DNA from: Amoebidium appalachense
Lineage: Eukaryota; Protista; Ichthyosporea
DNA length: 64,000 nt
Reading direction: 5' to 3'
NCBI GenBank assembly: GCA_963693365.1
Contig: CAVNZM010000003.1
Coordinates: 9,313,019-9,377,018, forward strand
The notes below the pieces were generated by a model that saw nothing but the letters and a program-made list of their open reading frames with translations, was not told the origin of the DNA and searched no databases. The translations under genes and the position numbers were made by a program. Positions 49,741 to 64,000 of this stretch are shown piece by piece. The first letter of the stretch is position 1; each line of letters starts with the position of its first letter.

Positions 49741-52700
49741 TCAGTCACGAAGGCTGAGTGAAGCACGGTGCTGCTCGTAGGAGGGCCCGGGCAGGGGCTT
49801 GGTGAAGATGTCGGCCACGTTGTCTTTGGTGGACACGTAGGTGACGACCACATCCCCACTCTTGATGTAGTCCTTCGTGTTGTGGTACCGGACTGCAATG
49901 TGTTTGCCAGTCCGGCGCTTGATGCTGTTGGTGTGTGCAGGAGGGCAATGGTGGACTGGTTGTCACAGTAGACGGGGGTGGGGTCGGTCATCGGGTAGCC
50001 GAGTTCACGGAGGAGATCACGGTGCCAGATGACGTTTTGAACAGCAGCATTGATGGCCAGAAGCTCAGCCTCGGTGGTGGATGTTGCCGTGATGGACTGC
50101 AGCTTCGAATACCATGTGATGGGTATGCCCTTGAAGAAGATGACGTATCCGGTGGTTGAACGACGGGTGTTGGGGCAGTTAGCAAAGTCGGCATCAGAAT
50201 AACACTCCAGCAAGGGGGTGTTGTCGTCGGATGCAGACTTGTCGTAGTGAAGGCCGAGGTTGGATGTGCCGATGAGGTACCGAACTACACGGAGTAGACA
50301 TTCCCATGCAAGTTTGGTGGGGTGGGCACTGAATCTACCGAGGTAGCCGATGGCAAAGGAGATGTCGGGCCGGGAACAACGAGCAACCCACAAAAGACGG
50401 CCGAGTAGTTCACGGTAGGGAACCTTGATGGGTGGTGAGTCGTTCTCGTTGATGGTGATGACGGTGCCGACGGGAATGGGAGTGGCCTTGGGGTGGGCAT
50501 CGTTGAGGTTGAAGTCTCTGACGATGTCGTTGATGTAGGACTGTTGAAGCAGCTTGAGGTGACCGGGGGTGTGTATGAGCTGGGTGCCGAGGAAGATGTC
50601 GGGGAGGTCGACCTTGCAGAGAGCTGACTTCATGATGTGGTCTACTAGATCCTTGGTGTGGGAAGAGTTGGCCCGGGCCGTGCAGATGATGATGACGTCG
50701 TCCACATAGTTGCCAGTGAGGATGATCATGATGTCACCGTTGGGGAAGGTCTTGATGTAGACACATGGATCTGAACGGAGACGTTCGAGACCGTGAGCAA
50801 GGAGGACCTTGTCGAAGTACTCATACCAGGCCAGTGATGCTTGCTTTTGGCCGTAGAGTGCCTTCTTGAGTTTCCAGACCTTGTGCTCGTTGCCGGGGGT
50901 GATGAAGCCAGGTGGTGGCTCAATGTAGATGTCTTCTTGAAGAGGACTGTTGAGGAACTTGAAGGCCGTTGAGACGTCGAGTTGATGAATCTCATGGTTG
51001 CCGTCCACACCGATGGCAAGGAGGGCACGGACGGAGGAGGACATCACCACGGGGGAAGAGGTGTCACCGTAGTCAACACCGTAGACTTGAGTGAAGCCCT
51101 TTGCAACACCACGAGCCTTGATCTTGGTGTCACCGGCTGAGTTGAGGACTTTCTCAGTCACAATCCACTTGAACTTGATGATGTTGGCATCAGGGGGGGG
51201 ATCAACGATGGTGAAGACATCCTTGGTGATAAAGGCTTGGTACTCGGATGTGAGGGCAGCTATGACGGCATCACCGTTGGGACCGTTGCAATGCTTTTGA
51301 ATGCCCTTGGGGAGTTGGTCAATGTTGATGGTCGGTGCTGTGATGCTGACCAGTGCCGTTGGAGGCTTGGTGAGACGTGTAGACCGACGAAGGTTGGGCT
51401 TGGGGGGGTCCTTGAGGGGGGTGGAGGCCGGGGAAGTGTTGTAGGCCGGGACAGGAGCATGGAAGCCAGGAATAGGACCGGTGGTGAGGGGGGCATCGGC
51501 GGTGTCCACAGGGCTGCTCGAGGCCGAGTGGAAGGTGGGGGACCCGGGACGAACCGGAGTCATGTAGCCGGGTTGATGCACAGCAATGGGGGGGGGCCGG
51601 CAGCAAGGGTTGTTGGCCAGTGGGGGGGGGGGCTTGGCCGGGGGGAGGCACGGGTTCAACCGGGGCTGGTTGGTTGTGCCAGGACGGTTGGGAGATGACC
51701 ACAGACGGAGTTTCATCGTCGTCGTCGGAGGGGGGGTCCAATGTCGGCAGATCGGGTTTGGGGGGATTGGGGACCTGATTGGTGCTGCTCATGAATTTTG
51801 ACTCGTCGAAGATCACATCACGGCAGATCTTGACTTGGTTGCTGGCACGGTCGAGGATCTTGTGTGCCTTGGAGGGCAGATCCCAGCCGACGTAGGTGCC
51901 GACTCTGACGGTTGATGCAAGCTTGTTCCTCTTTGACCGGGGAACATGCACATAGGCAGGGGAGCCGAACACGTGGAGCTGGGAGACGTCTGGTTTGAAG
52001 CCGTGGAAGGCCTTGAAGGGTGTGTTGCCGTTGGCAGCAGATGACGGTGTGACGTTGATGATGTAGCCAGCATGCTTGAGAGCAGCAACCCACATCTTGG
52101 GAGAGAGAGGTTGGTCCTTGTCGGCATGGAGGAAGCAACGGACTGTCTCTTGCAGTTCTCTCATCTTCCGTTCAACAACACCGTTGTACTGTGGTGTGTC
52201 GACGGGGGCAAACTCCATGATGATGCCTTTCTGCTTGCAGTAGGCCTCGGTGTCCCTGGAGGTGAACTCAGAGCCGGAGTCAAACCGAAGATGGGTGACG
52301 ATCTCAGGTGTCTGACGTTCGATGGTTTCAACGAGAGACTGAATGTAGTTGAGGGTTTCACCACGGTTGTAGAGGGGGAACACGGTGGTGTAACCGGTGG
52401 CATCACAAACACACACCAGAGCAACCTTGTAGCCTCCGTAGGAAGCACAGAGAGCTTCGAAGAAGTCCAGGTGCCACTTAGCACCGGGGATGGTGAACCG
52501 GGAACGGGTGCCGGGAAATGGAGCCTTGGTGGTCTTGCCAGACATGCAGCCGAAGCAGTCACTGTTGTCGGGTGACTTGAGGGAGGGGGGCATGCCGATG
52601 ACAGGCTCATCCTTGGCCATCCTGGTGACGGTGGAGAGGGCACGGTGGCCGAGACGGTTGTGCCAAAGGGTGAGGTCGTCGGTTGGTTGAGTCCTTGCTG

Positions 52701-54156
52701 TGTAGGCTTGGACCCACGGGTGCTGAGGGGTGTCAATCACGTAGTCAGTGATGTAGTAGAGACCGTTGAGGGGGGTGAGATCTGAAATGATGTCACCATT
52801 ACGGCTGTAGAGGAACGACGGGTGGTTGTCTGCATCGTCACAACTTGAATGACCCAGGCGGCCGGCAGTTGAGGCCATGGAGGTAGACACGAGGAAAGAC
52901 GGTGACTCGGGTACGTAGAAAGCATTGATGCTGCACGGGGTTGAGTGGCCGTTGTGGTGCAGTGTCAGGTTGATGATGCCACGGTGTGTGGCATTGACGG
53001 TGCCGAGGCCGTGAATGGGGGTGGGGGGACACGGGGTAAGGGAGGAGAAATACTCCTTGATGGGGCAGATGTGTGCATTACAAGCACTGTCCCAGACGGG
53101 GTCGTCACGGTCGGGTGTGCCGGTGGAGGAGATGAGACTCAGTGCAAATTGCACACTCTTGTTGCCTTTCTCCTGCTTGGCACGACGAGCAACAGCACAG
53201 CCAGGCTCCGGGCATGCTGTGATGTGGTGGGGCTCATGGCAGTAGGAACACTCCACCTTCTTGGTGTTGTGCTGTCGGTTACGGTTGTCCCTGTTACCAC
53301 GGTGGTAAGGGGAAGTTGAACGGGGGCCGGGTGACTTGGAGGACGGACGAGGATCACGGGAATGGGACGGGGAACGGTGAGGTGTATGCTCACGTCGAGG
53401 GATACGGTTACGGAGGTCACCGGGGGGAAGCACTCTGCTCTGGAGTGCACGGAGGGGACGGTTGTGGACGGTTGCACCAGTGCCTGCGTCGATGAGGCCG
53501 GCACCGATTTCAGCTCCTCGGATGTCACTGATGAGCTGGTTGAAGGACGGGTAGGCCTTGTTGTTCATCCAGTAGTCGGAGCACAGACGTTCAATGTCGG
53601 AGCAGACCAGGGCCGTGTTCTTCCGGAGGTGAAGGAAGAACTTACGTACGACATCCTTGTGCTGGACGGGCTCGTCGAGGCAGGCAAGTGTCGTAGCCAG
53701 ACGTTGGAGACGGGTGAGGTATGCTGTGACGTTGGGGTAGTCTCGTAGTTCAAGCTCCTCGAAGGTGACTTGAATCTGGGTGACTCGGGCCTCCTTCTCT
53801 GCCACATACGCCATACGTAGGTTGTGGAAGACTTCTCCACCGTGGACACCGTCTTGCATCCGGCCGGAGTCGTAGAGCTCGGTCGGATGGACGGACTGGT
53901 TGAGGATCTGGTCGAGGACGTCGGAAGCTTTCTTGTAGGAGTCCTTGGTGGCGTAGCCTAGCCATTGGTTGGCTTCAGTGCCGTCAACCCACTGTGGCCT
54001 CTTGATAGCGTCAACGAATTTCTCGGCAATGGTTGTTCTAATGAACCGGTGAATGAGTGGCTCCCACTCGAAATAATTAAGACGTTTCTCGTCTCTTTTC
54101 TCGGACGGATTCCATATTGGAAGGTTGATGTACGACGGTTTGTCAGTCATGATCAT
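49741..54156 (-). pseudogene. Copia gag-pol polyprotein with two frameshifts
   Basis: Zn knuckle CSYCHEPHHITAC; protease WDSACNAHI; LWHNRLGH...CFGC; integrase WHLD / RFDSGSEF / NGVVERK; RT KARGVAKGFTQVYGVDY and YVDD; RNase H YSDADFA, STTEAE and, in a third frame, KHIAVRYH...NVADIFTKPL ending at TGA 49743-49741. Frameshifts at the G9 run 51588-51596 and the (GT) run near 49931-49937. Confidence 0.93.
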
Positions 54157-54216
54157 TGAAGCAGTAAGACTGAGAAATTACGCGGTTGTAACGAGATTGT
54201 GTGTTAGCGTGCAAAG

Positions 54217-54228
54217 GGGCCGTAAACC
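54217..54228 (-). other. Primer-binding site, half-tRNA type (GGTTTACGGCCC)
   Basis: Directly follows the CA of the 5' LTR. Same as the copia-type PBS GGTTATGGGCCC except for the central triplet. Confidence 0.65.
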
Positions 54229-54969
54229 TGTTATTTTGTGTGGGTAAACGGAGAAGCAGAGAGCACAGATGGGTGTTATGTTATACACAACACAGAGACA
54301 CACGGGAGAAACACAACCGGAGAGGTGGAACGATTGCTGGAACCATAGGAAATGAATACGACTGCTTGATATTTATTCCAAGATGAAGTCCCTTTTATAC
54401 TTGGGAATGTGAAAACGATAAACCAATCAAAAGAACGAAAACTCTATTTTCCAATCAAAAGGACGAAAACTATGAGTGTAAAATATATCGATCGAAATGT
54501 CTGTCGACACATAGAATATAAAATGCAATCCTCTAATGAAAGAAACTTCTAATAAAAGCATGGAAACATTTAACAAAATGAAACCACTTATGTAACTATT
54601 AGTAGTTCACAACATACATTTATACATGTTCTTATCATAACACGTCTAAATATAATTATTCCTAATAGTTGGAGAACATAGCACAATGCTACGTCGTGAG
54701 AAAGGAATGGGAAAGGAATGTAAGTTACTATATTTGGGAAAATACAAACGAGATCTGATTGGACGACATATATAGATTTGACACAAACGACAATAGGTGT
54801 GCGCGAGCTAAGTATGTCGATACGTACACAGATCTAAGATATCGGTGTACACGGAAACAGAAAGGAAAGAAAGAAAGAAAGAAAGGAAAAGGAAACAAAC
54901 TACAACAAACTAATAAACAAATACAAAACTCAACTTCTAAGTCTTGCTGAGAATCAAGTGAAGATGACA
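54229..54969 (-). repeat. 5' LTR (741 bp)
   Basis: Direct repeat of 48272-49009, upstream of gag. Confidence 0.95.
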
Positions 54970-55824
54970 CTCCCCGCCCCCCTCCCCCCTGCCCCTCTTG
55001 CTCCTCTCTTCTCTCCCTCTCCCCCTCCCCCCTCCCCCCTCGCGCCCTCCCCCCCCCCCCCCCCCCCCCCCCTCCCCGCCCGCCCCAACACCACGACCCC
55101 AAAAAGCACGCCCCATAGCATTACACTGCCACTGTGTGACACGTACCATGGTACAGCCAGATTTTGGAATCTTCACTGGCAGGTCTGCCCTCCCCCCTGT
55201 TGGAGTACACTGGTACTCCCGGCTAGCAATGTCTGTTAGAGAAAGTTTCTGAGCAATTGAATAATTGTTTCAACACTCACTCGAGTGCATAGAGCTTTTG
55301 TTTACGGTCATATTCATGTATGGTAGTTATATGTTTGAGCCAAAACTGTACCAATGACGAGCTTCACTAGCAACGTGCTAATTGTGCTCATTAATTAATA
55401 TTCCCGGTTCAGATGATGTCATCTATATTTGCCACAGGATTCTATTCTTAGAGTGGTAGTGTGCTTTATTCCCGGATATTCTCAGAATATATTTAGTTGT
55501 GTGAAGTAAGATTTACGTTTAACTGCAATTGGTGTGTTAAACACGTTTATTTGTGTGCTTTAGTGCAAGTTAACTAGCCACTCAACGTGCACAGTTAACT
55601 TTTATATCTTTAACGACTTGTTTTCATTGTGCTCTCTTTTCGGCCATGCTGTACATGGCCCACCACCAGGGTGCACACGAGGCCACCATGAGGTGGCCAA
55701 CGACTATATAAAGCAGTGCCTCCCATGTCACAAACATGGGAAGCAGAACGTTTGATTTACACTTTTCTACTGTCGTTTTCAGTGCACAAAACACATAGAC
55801 AAGTTACCCATCATACACAACACT

Positions 55825-58039
<2,215 letters not shown>

Positions 58040-58642
58040 CATTGGGGTAAAATGGATACACCAACTAGGCAAACTCTGTGACAACATAGGCAATGCAATT
58101 GATATGGAAGAAGGTTGCTGGTACTGTTAAACTAAAAGGATGGGAGGACATTAGGACCATCACGGCCATGACTAGATTTAGGTATGCATAGATGTTGTTG
58201 TGGTCACCATCTCCTGGTTATGCAGGCGCATAACGATGCAGGTGCATTATAGGCAAACACTACCAAACACAACACATATGTATTCTTAAGGAAAAACATG
58301 TAAGTGATTAGAAGAACAAAGAATCGTATAGCACATCGCCACAACAAATAAAAAGTCGCTGAAAAACTGCCCTTTTAATGATGGTGAACCAGCCACCATA
58401 CACAGAAACACCCCTTAAACCCTTACACATACATATAGAAGATGACGAAAATTCACCCAAACAAACAACACCCCCTTGCTCCCCCTTGTTATGCATCCAT
58501 GCCTGGCCTCCCCCACCCGGCTCGCAGTCAGTCATGCCGAAGGCTTATGCCCCAGTTATATAATTAGGGGTTCTTTGACTTCCTTAAGCTTGCCCTTCGA
58601 TCGAAGGCTGCCTAATATAGGCTGCCTCGCGTCGATTGATGG

Positions 58643-59200
58643 TGACGTCACAAACAGAAAATTGTAATGTTTTCTCATTGGTTTTATTTTGACACCAGAA
58701 ACAAAAACAGCCAATAGAAATAAAACTGTGTTCAGGGTTGGGCAGCGGGCTGGGGTTGACCTGTAACCGTATGGCCCTTGGGCCAATCGTAACGGACTAT
58801 TTCTTAATCGTAATGGGGGGTTCTTGTGGAGTATTCAGCCCCGTCGAAAACGCCCCTCCAGTCAACAATTCCAAAATGCGCATTTTTACAAATTGAGTAT
58901 TGCAGGATTACAGGTAGCACTGGTCGGGGCTCGATATTGCACTGCAAGAGAGCTGCAGATAGGTTCTTGAACAGAAATACTGAAAAAATAGGCAAGATCA
59001 GATAGTCGAGCATATTTTACGCTAAACACCTGATACGAAAGCTGTTACGACGGCACCCCAACCTTATTCGTATCGGGGTCTCTCGTTAATCGTAATTACG
59101 ACGATTTTCGTTCGTAATCCCTACCCTGACTGTGTTGATTTCAAAAATAGCCACCCAGCAAACCCAGGATCAACTACAGTCAGCTCGGCTCCTATATAAA
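58643..59200 (+). promoter_or_regulatory. Candidate promoter of the 59343 ORF
   Basis: TGACGTCA at 58643-58650, several CCAAT/ATTGG, repeated TCGTAA/TTACG motifs and TATATAAA at 59193-59200. Confidence 0.4.
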
Positions 59201-59342
59201 CATAGCCGCGGCGAAAACCAGCCAGTCCATCCAACGCTGACAAACGTCGTGAATTCATATCCCTACCATAATAAATATACCAGAGAAAGACTGTGTTACG
59301 TTCGCGCCAGCTCGACCTCCTTTTCACACCCCACCTTTTCAA

Positions 59343-60017
59343 ATGGAGGCTTCTAGTACTGTCGTTCGTGTCACAGCTATTGGCATGGCGGCCGTGGGCC
59401 TCTTCTGCCTGGGTGCATGCAAGGAACTACAAGCTCCTACTTCGTCACACCTCTATCTTCAACCAACGTTCAGAGAGGTTGAGGATGCGAACAACTGCAC
59501 AACTATCTGTGACAACTCCGCGCAAGAAAAAGATGTTCATAATGTCGTTGCCGAGCCTACAGAGCCACATTTACCACCAACAGAAATGGTGGTTGGTGTG
59601 GGGCCCTTCTCCTATCTCCTCGCGCTAGGCCACGTTTCCGTAGTTTCCTTTCTGGGCTCTACTCTGGTTGCAGGACTTTATTCCCCACAACACTGGGCAA
59701 GCATCAAAGACTTGAGACGCGCAGGCCTTGTTCTGGCCGGGGCAACCGGGCTTTCAAGTATAATAAGACACCATGCACGTGATTTGAGGGAGACAGGTGT
59801 CCACGAAGCACCTGTAAATAAGGATCATGCGCCGGTTATTTGGGGTGCACGTCTAATCCATATAGGGTTTTGGCTCGGTTTGGTGGGGCTGGAGACCCTA
59901 GCGGATTGTGATGATCCGCAGAGGTTTGTGACGGTGGGGGCTGTGGCTGCTGTTCCTGTTTGCTATGCTACGGGGGTGATAATGGCTAGACAGGTTGTGC
60001 GGCCCAAAGAGGGGTGA
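59343..60017 (+). CDS. Hypothetical membrane protein, 224 aa, intronless
   Basis: Non-repetitive ATG-initiated ORF with an N-terminal hydrophobic segment and about four further hydrophobic stretches. Upstream TATA box. Confidence 0.6.
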   Translation: MEASSTVVRVTAIGMAAVGLFCLGACKELQAPTSSHLYLQPTFREVEDANNCTTICDNSAQEKDVHNVVAEPTEPHLPPTEMVVGVGPFSYLLALGHVSVVSFLGSTLVAGLYSPQHWASIKDLRRAGLVLAGATGLSSIIRHHARDLRETGVHEAPVNKDHAPVIWGARLIHIGFWLGLVGLETLADCDDPQRFVTVGAVAAVPVCYATGVIMARQVVRPKEG

Positions 60018-60228
60018 TCATGAACGGTACGGTGATGCATATATGCAACTATGTAGTTCGCGCTGGGCGCGGGTCGGACAGCATAATCTGGTGAACAAGG
60101 GATTTGGGAATTCCAATTTGAACGGGTCTTTAAGTGCCCGGGTTCCAAGTTGACCGGAGCCGAAAACGTTGGGTTTCTATCCTTTTCTTTCTTTCTTTCT
60201 GGAGTCTTTCTTTCTCTCTCTCTCTCTC

Positions 60229-60269
<41 letters not shown>

Positions 60270-60613
60270 ACAGTTTCTTGAACATGTATTCCCAGGATCT
60301 GATTATCTGTGTTCCCTGAGGCTTACAAAGGGGACCGTCTTCATCTTGGCCGTGCCCACACGGCAAATTAGCAGAACCTCGTTAGAATACCTTAATAGTT
60401 AGAGCTTTCGTAGTGGTTACTAGGCCATTCGTGATCAGCTGTGCTGGTCGGAGGCAAAGCTAACCTCGAGCTCCTACAATATTATTAATAAACCCGGTGC
60501 GCTTGCAAGTGACCTGCACATTAATTGACTATGTACTGAAACTTTGTGTGGTTTGATCATCCGGCTGCGGGGTGTGTGTGTTCGTGTGTACACCGTTAAC
60601 GTTGTGTGCGTTC

Positions 60614-60663
<50 letters not shown>

Positions 60664-63126
60664 ATGTGCGCGTGTGTCCGTGTGAGTGTGTCTCTGTCTA
60701 AATTTGACACATCGAAGCGTTCGGCAGTGTGCTTACTTATTTTTGTAACTATCGTGGCACTGGCCATCATATCTTGCTTAGTAAACGCGGTTAATATTAA
60801 TTGATACAACTGAGAACATGTTATTAATATGTAATACAAGAAAGATAAAAAGTTTTACGATCATACTTTTGGTGGTGGCGGTACCGGTGCAGGTGCACGT
60901 GGTGGTGGTACATAGACTAAGTGGCGAATTTCTTTTCTTCAAAGTTTATTCGTTTGGGGGGAGAGGGGGGGAGGGGGTGGGTGGCTTGGCTTTAACGGGC
61001 ACGACCATTCTGGGCCCCACACCCCCTTTCCCTGGAGGGGGAAGAAAAAAATACAAGGACCACACACAACACAGCACATTGGCGTGCACATACAGGTGCA
61101 CACACCAAGCGCCAATACGGACTGCATACATGTGCACCGTTGGTTTAAAATGAGGTGAAGGGAAGGGAAGGGGATTCGCCAGCTGAGCCAGCAGGGTCGG
61201 CCTCCTGACAAGTAGGGAATTAAGGGGGTGGGAAAGACTTTGACAGAGAGATTTGAGAGGGTGCGCCGAGGGGGAGGGGGGAGGGGGAGGAAGGGAAAGA
61301 GGGGGGGGAAGGGGGCGGGGGGAGGGGGGTGGGGGGTGGGGGGAGGGGGGAGGGGCTGAAGAACATAATCCAACATACCCTCCCGAAGGGGCGTCTTAGC
61401 ATGCAAGTTCAGGAAGGCAGCGGCAACACCCCCCCTTCCCCCCTCCCCCCTCTCTCCCCCCTAACCCCAAGCCGCCGCCACCTCCACCACCACCACCACC
61501 ACCCAAAAAAAAAAGAAAGCACAAAAAAAAAAAAAAAGAAAGCACAAAAAAAAAAGCGAAAAGCAAAGCACACTGGAAAAAGGAACCCAAAAACCCATCA
61601 AGGCAAAGCGGGAGTACTCTAATTTGAAGGATCTCTGTTGTTTCACTCATTATGTGATCAAGACCATGTAAGTCATACCTCCCCCCCCCCCCCCGCCCTC
61701 CCCCCCCCCCCCCCCCCCACCCCTTCCCCCCCCCCCTCCCCCTCCCCCCCCCCAAGCCCCCCCCCCCCCCCCCCACACACACACACTCGGGGGAAGTTGG
61801 AGCTTCCCAAAAACCCCGCATCGCTGATTTCCCCTATACAACCACCTGATTTCTGCTTACTGCCTCAACACTAAAACTCCACGCAATTCTCACCGCCTTT
61901 TACTGTTGTTTTTACCCTTTCATCACATGTGTAACCCTGAACACAATAAGGTGGTCACCACTGCTTATGATCATCAACACCGCTGACCCACCATGCAAGT
62001 CACGTGATCGAAGCAGTACTGGGCCCAACTTGGGTGTTAACGGGTGTTATTTCAGTTAGAAAAACATTTTCATGAAACACGCTCATGCCCCCATCAGGCG
62101 GGTTATACATGGAAATGCTGCATTCTCTGCATGATATGAAAATGTATAAGTGCAATTCATGATGATGTGTACCGTGCCCCAATGGTTCTGATCCCCCAGG
62201 CCCCCCTCCTCCCCCTCCCCGCCACCCCCCCCCCCCCCCCCCCCCCCCTTTACCCCCCCCTCTACCCCCTTCCCCCCTCCTCCCCCTCTCTCTCCTCACT
62301 CCCCAACTCTCCAGCTCTCAATACTCCGTCTTTTCCATAGGCGATTGCGAAGTACGCTCGCTACGCAACTGCAAAACGACTTGGTTGCTTGGTCTGAGAA
62401 GGCTTATCGTAGGCCCATCTCTTTGATAGCCGGTGAGCGGAAGTTCGGGAGAGCCTAAAAACATTTTAAATGCAAATTTACCGTAGGATTTAAAAACGGC
62501 AGCGACAAAATCGCTGACATTTTGGGTCCAGTTTTGAAATACCTCAGTTTTTGCTCCAGACCTCATCGGAATTTTTTTTTTCGATCCGCTGGCATTCTCA
62601 TCAAACCGTTTTGTTTTGTTTTTCTATTAGCTAGTGACTTTCTGATCTCCTTGAGAACATCGCTTTTTATTAGAACGTTTACATATAAAACGAGTAAGTT
62701 TTTTGGGCTTTCATGGTAGCCTGTTGCTTCTTGTGCCTTTAAACTTGACGGTCAAGTTTTTTCCGTAAATGCACTGACGGGAAAAGGAGAAAACAGCATT
62801 CTTCGTGGCTGTTGTGTTGTGCTGCAAGATTCACCGTGGTTTTCAAGGAATTGAAGCTGTTATTATAATTCATTATTCTTTTCATTGCCAGCTCGATGTA
62901 GGTCTGCGCCGGTTGCAAAATAGGGCATCGTAGATACCTTCGGAGATGATGCGCTATGCCTGCAGTTCTGGGATCTCCGAGACTGATTTCTTTCTCGTCA
63001 GAACTGTCTTCTACATTTTCTTTTCTTTAAAACACTTGCACTTCCCATTATGCCTTTTTGCACGTATATATGATATACGTTTCAGCTCGTGTTCTTACAT
63101 CTGATCTTCTCTCCGTGCGCAGGAAA

Positions 63127-63984
63127 ATGACGGACCGCGAGGACAACATCTACCGCGCCAAGCTCGCTGAGCAGGCAGAGCGCTATGATGAGATGGTGGA
63201 GGTGATGAAGAAGGTTGCTGCGCTGAAGGTGGAGCTCACCGTCGAGGAGAGGAACCTGCTTTCTGTCGCCTACAAGGTGGGTCTTCTTGTTATTTAGCTG
63301 TTTTTTGCTTGTTCGCGTCACTCACGTGTGTGATGACATGTTGGTTATTCCTGTACTCTCTCTTCCTTCCTTCCTCCCCCCCTGCTTCTCCTCCTCCTCC
63401 CCATATGTATATCCCGGCAGAGGCATACATGAGCCTTTTACAAATACGTTTGTGTGCAAACTTTGCATTCGTGAGTCTGTCTATTGATCCCCATCCTTAC
63501 GACACACTGTTAGAGATCTGATATCCCTTCTGCTTACTTGTCAGCCGGGTTTCTTTGTTCCAATTCACAGATTCGTTACACACAACCAAGCTATCCTCCT
63601 ATTAGCAAGGAAGTTGCCCGCAAAGGGTTTCGGCATCTTTGTGGGCATCGGTCTGTGTTTATCACTCTTCGGGAAAAACTATTTTTGCCTGTGGTTTCCG
63701 GTTCTTCTTGGAACCCACTAATCATGAGCTAGCGTGTGAGGGTGCGTCGATTGGGTATCATGCACTGTCTTCCTTGTTATTTTCAACTACCTCTTAACCA
63801 TCACCCATTGATGAATATGGAACCAATGCACAGACATGTTGGACTAATCCTCCTTGTCCAGAACGTCATTGGTGCAAGGAGAGCGTCATGGCGCATCATT
63901 TCGAGCATTGAATCCAAGGAGGAGCAAAAGCCTGCTGGTGAGAAGTCAAGGAAGCTCGAGATCATCACCGAGTACCGCACCAAG
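63127..63984 (+). CDS. 14-3-3 protein (epsilon/BMH-like), first two coding exons; gene continues past the window
   Basis: Exon 63127-63276 encodes [24 protein letters not shown]...[15 protein letters not shown]. Exon 63862-63984 encodes [21 protein letters not shown]. The GT-AG intron has a GACTAAT branch site at 63842. Confidence 0.97.
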
Positions 63985-64000
63985 GTGGGTGCTTGTTCCT

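Larger units (their letters stand above)
48272..54969 (-). mobile_element. Full-length Ty1/copia LTR retrotransposon (~6.7 kb)
   Basis: Two near-identical TG...CA LTRs, 5-bp TSD CTCCC (48267-48271 and 54970-54974), gag-PR-IN-RT-RNaseH domain order on the minus strand, PPT and PBS. Confidence 0.97.

Noticed and set aside
51586-51600. Programmed ribosomal frameshift between integrase and RT
   Set aside because: The shift is in a G9/C9 homopolymer in a linker. Copia pol is normally one frame here, so slippage or a sequencing error is more likely.

Overview
Eukaryotic, intron-rich and extremely microsatellite-rich window with (C)n/(G)n, (CA)n and (CT)n tracts. The 14-3-3 sequence suggests an opisthokont-like organism, but this is an inference only. 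Most ORFs in the supplied track are translations of simple repeats. Supported content: (1) an intronless BT1 folate/biopterin transporter with a frameshift and a premature TGA; (2) a Penelope-like RT fragment embedded in (C)n tracts, next to short dispersed or structured repeats; (3) two minisatellites; (4) an intronless PH-like gene; (5) a 19-exon minus-strand PPR gene whose eighth intron is best explained as a U12-type AT-AC intron, with tandemly repeated branch sites and an enclosing in-frame GT-AG alternative; (6) a 10-exon PB1 + LIR-like + coiled-coil gene; (7) a full-length young Ty1/copia element with LTRs, a 5-bp TSD, a PPT and an unusual half-tRNA-type PBS; (8) two small hypothetical genes; (9) the first two coding exons of a 14-3-3 gene. 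All exon models were assembled by eye from splice signals and phase continuity and need RNA-seq confirmation.
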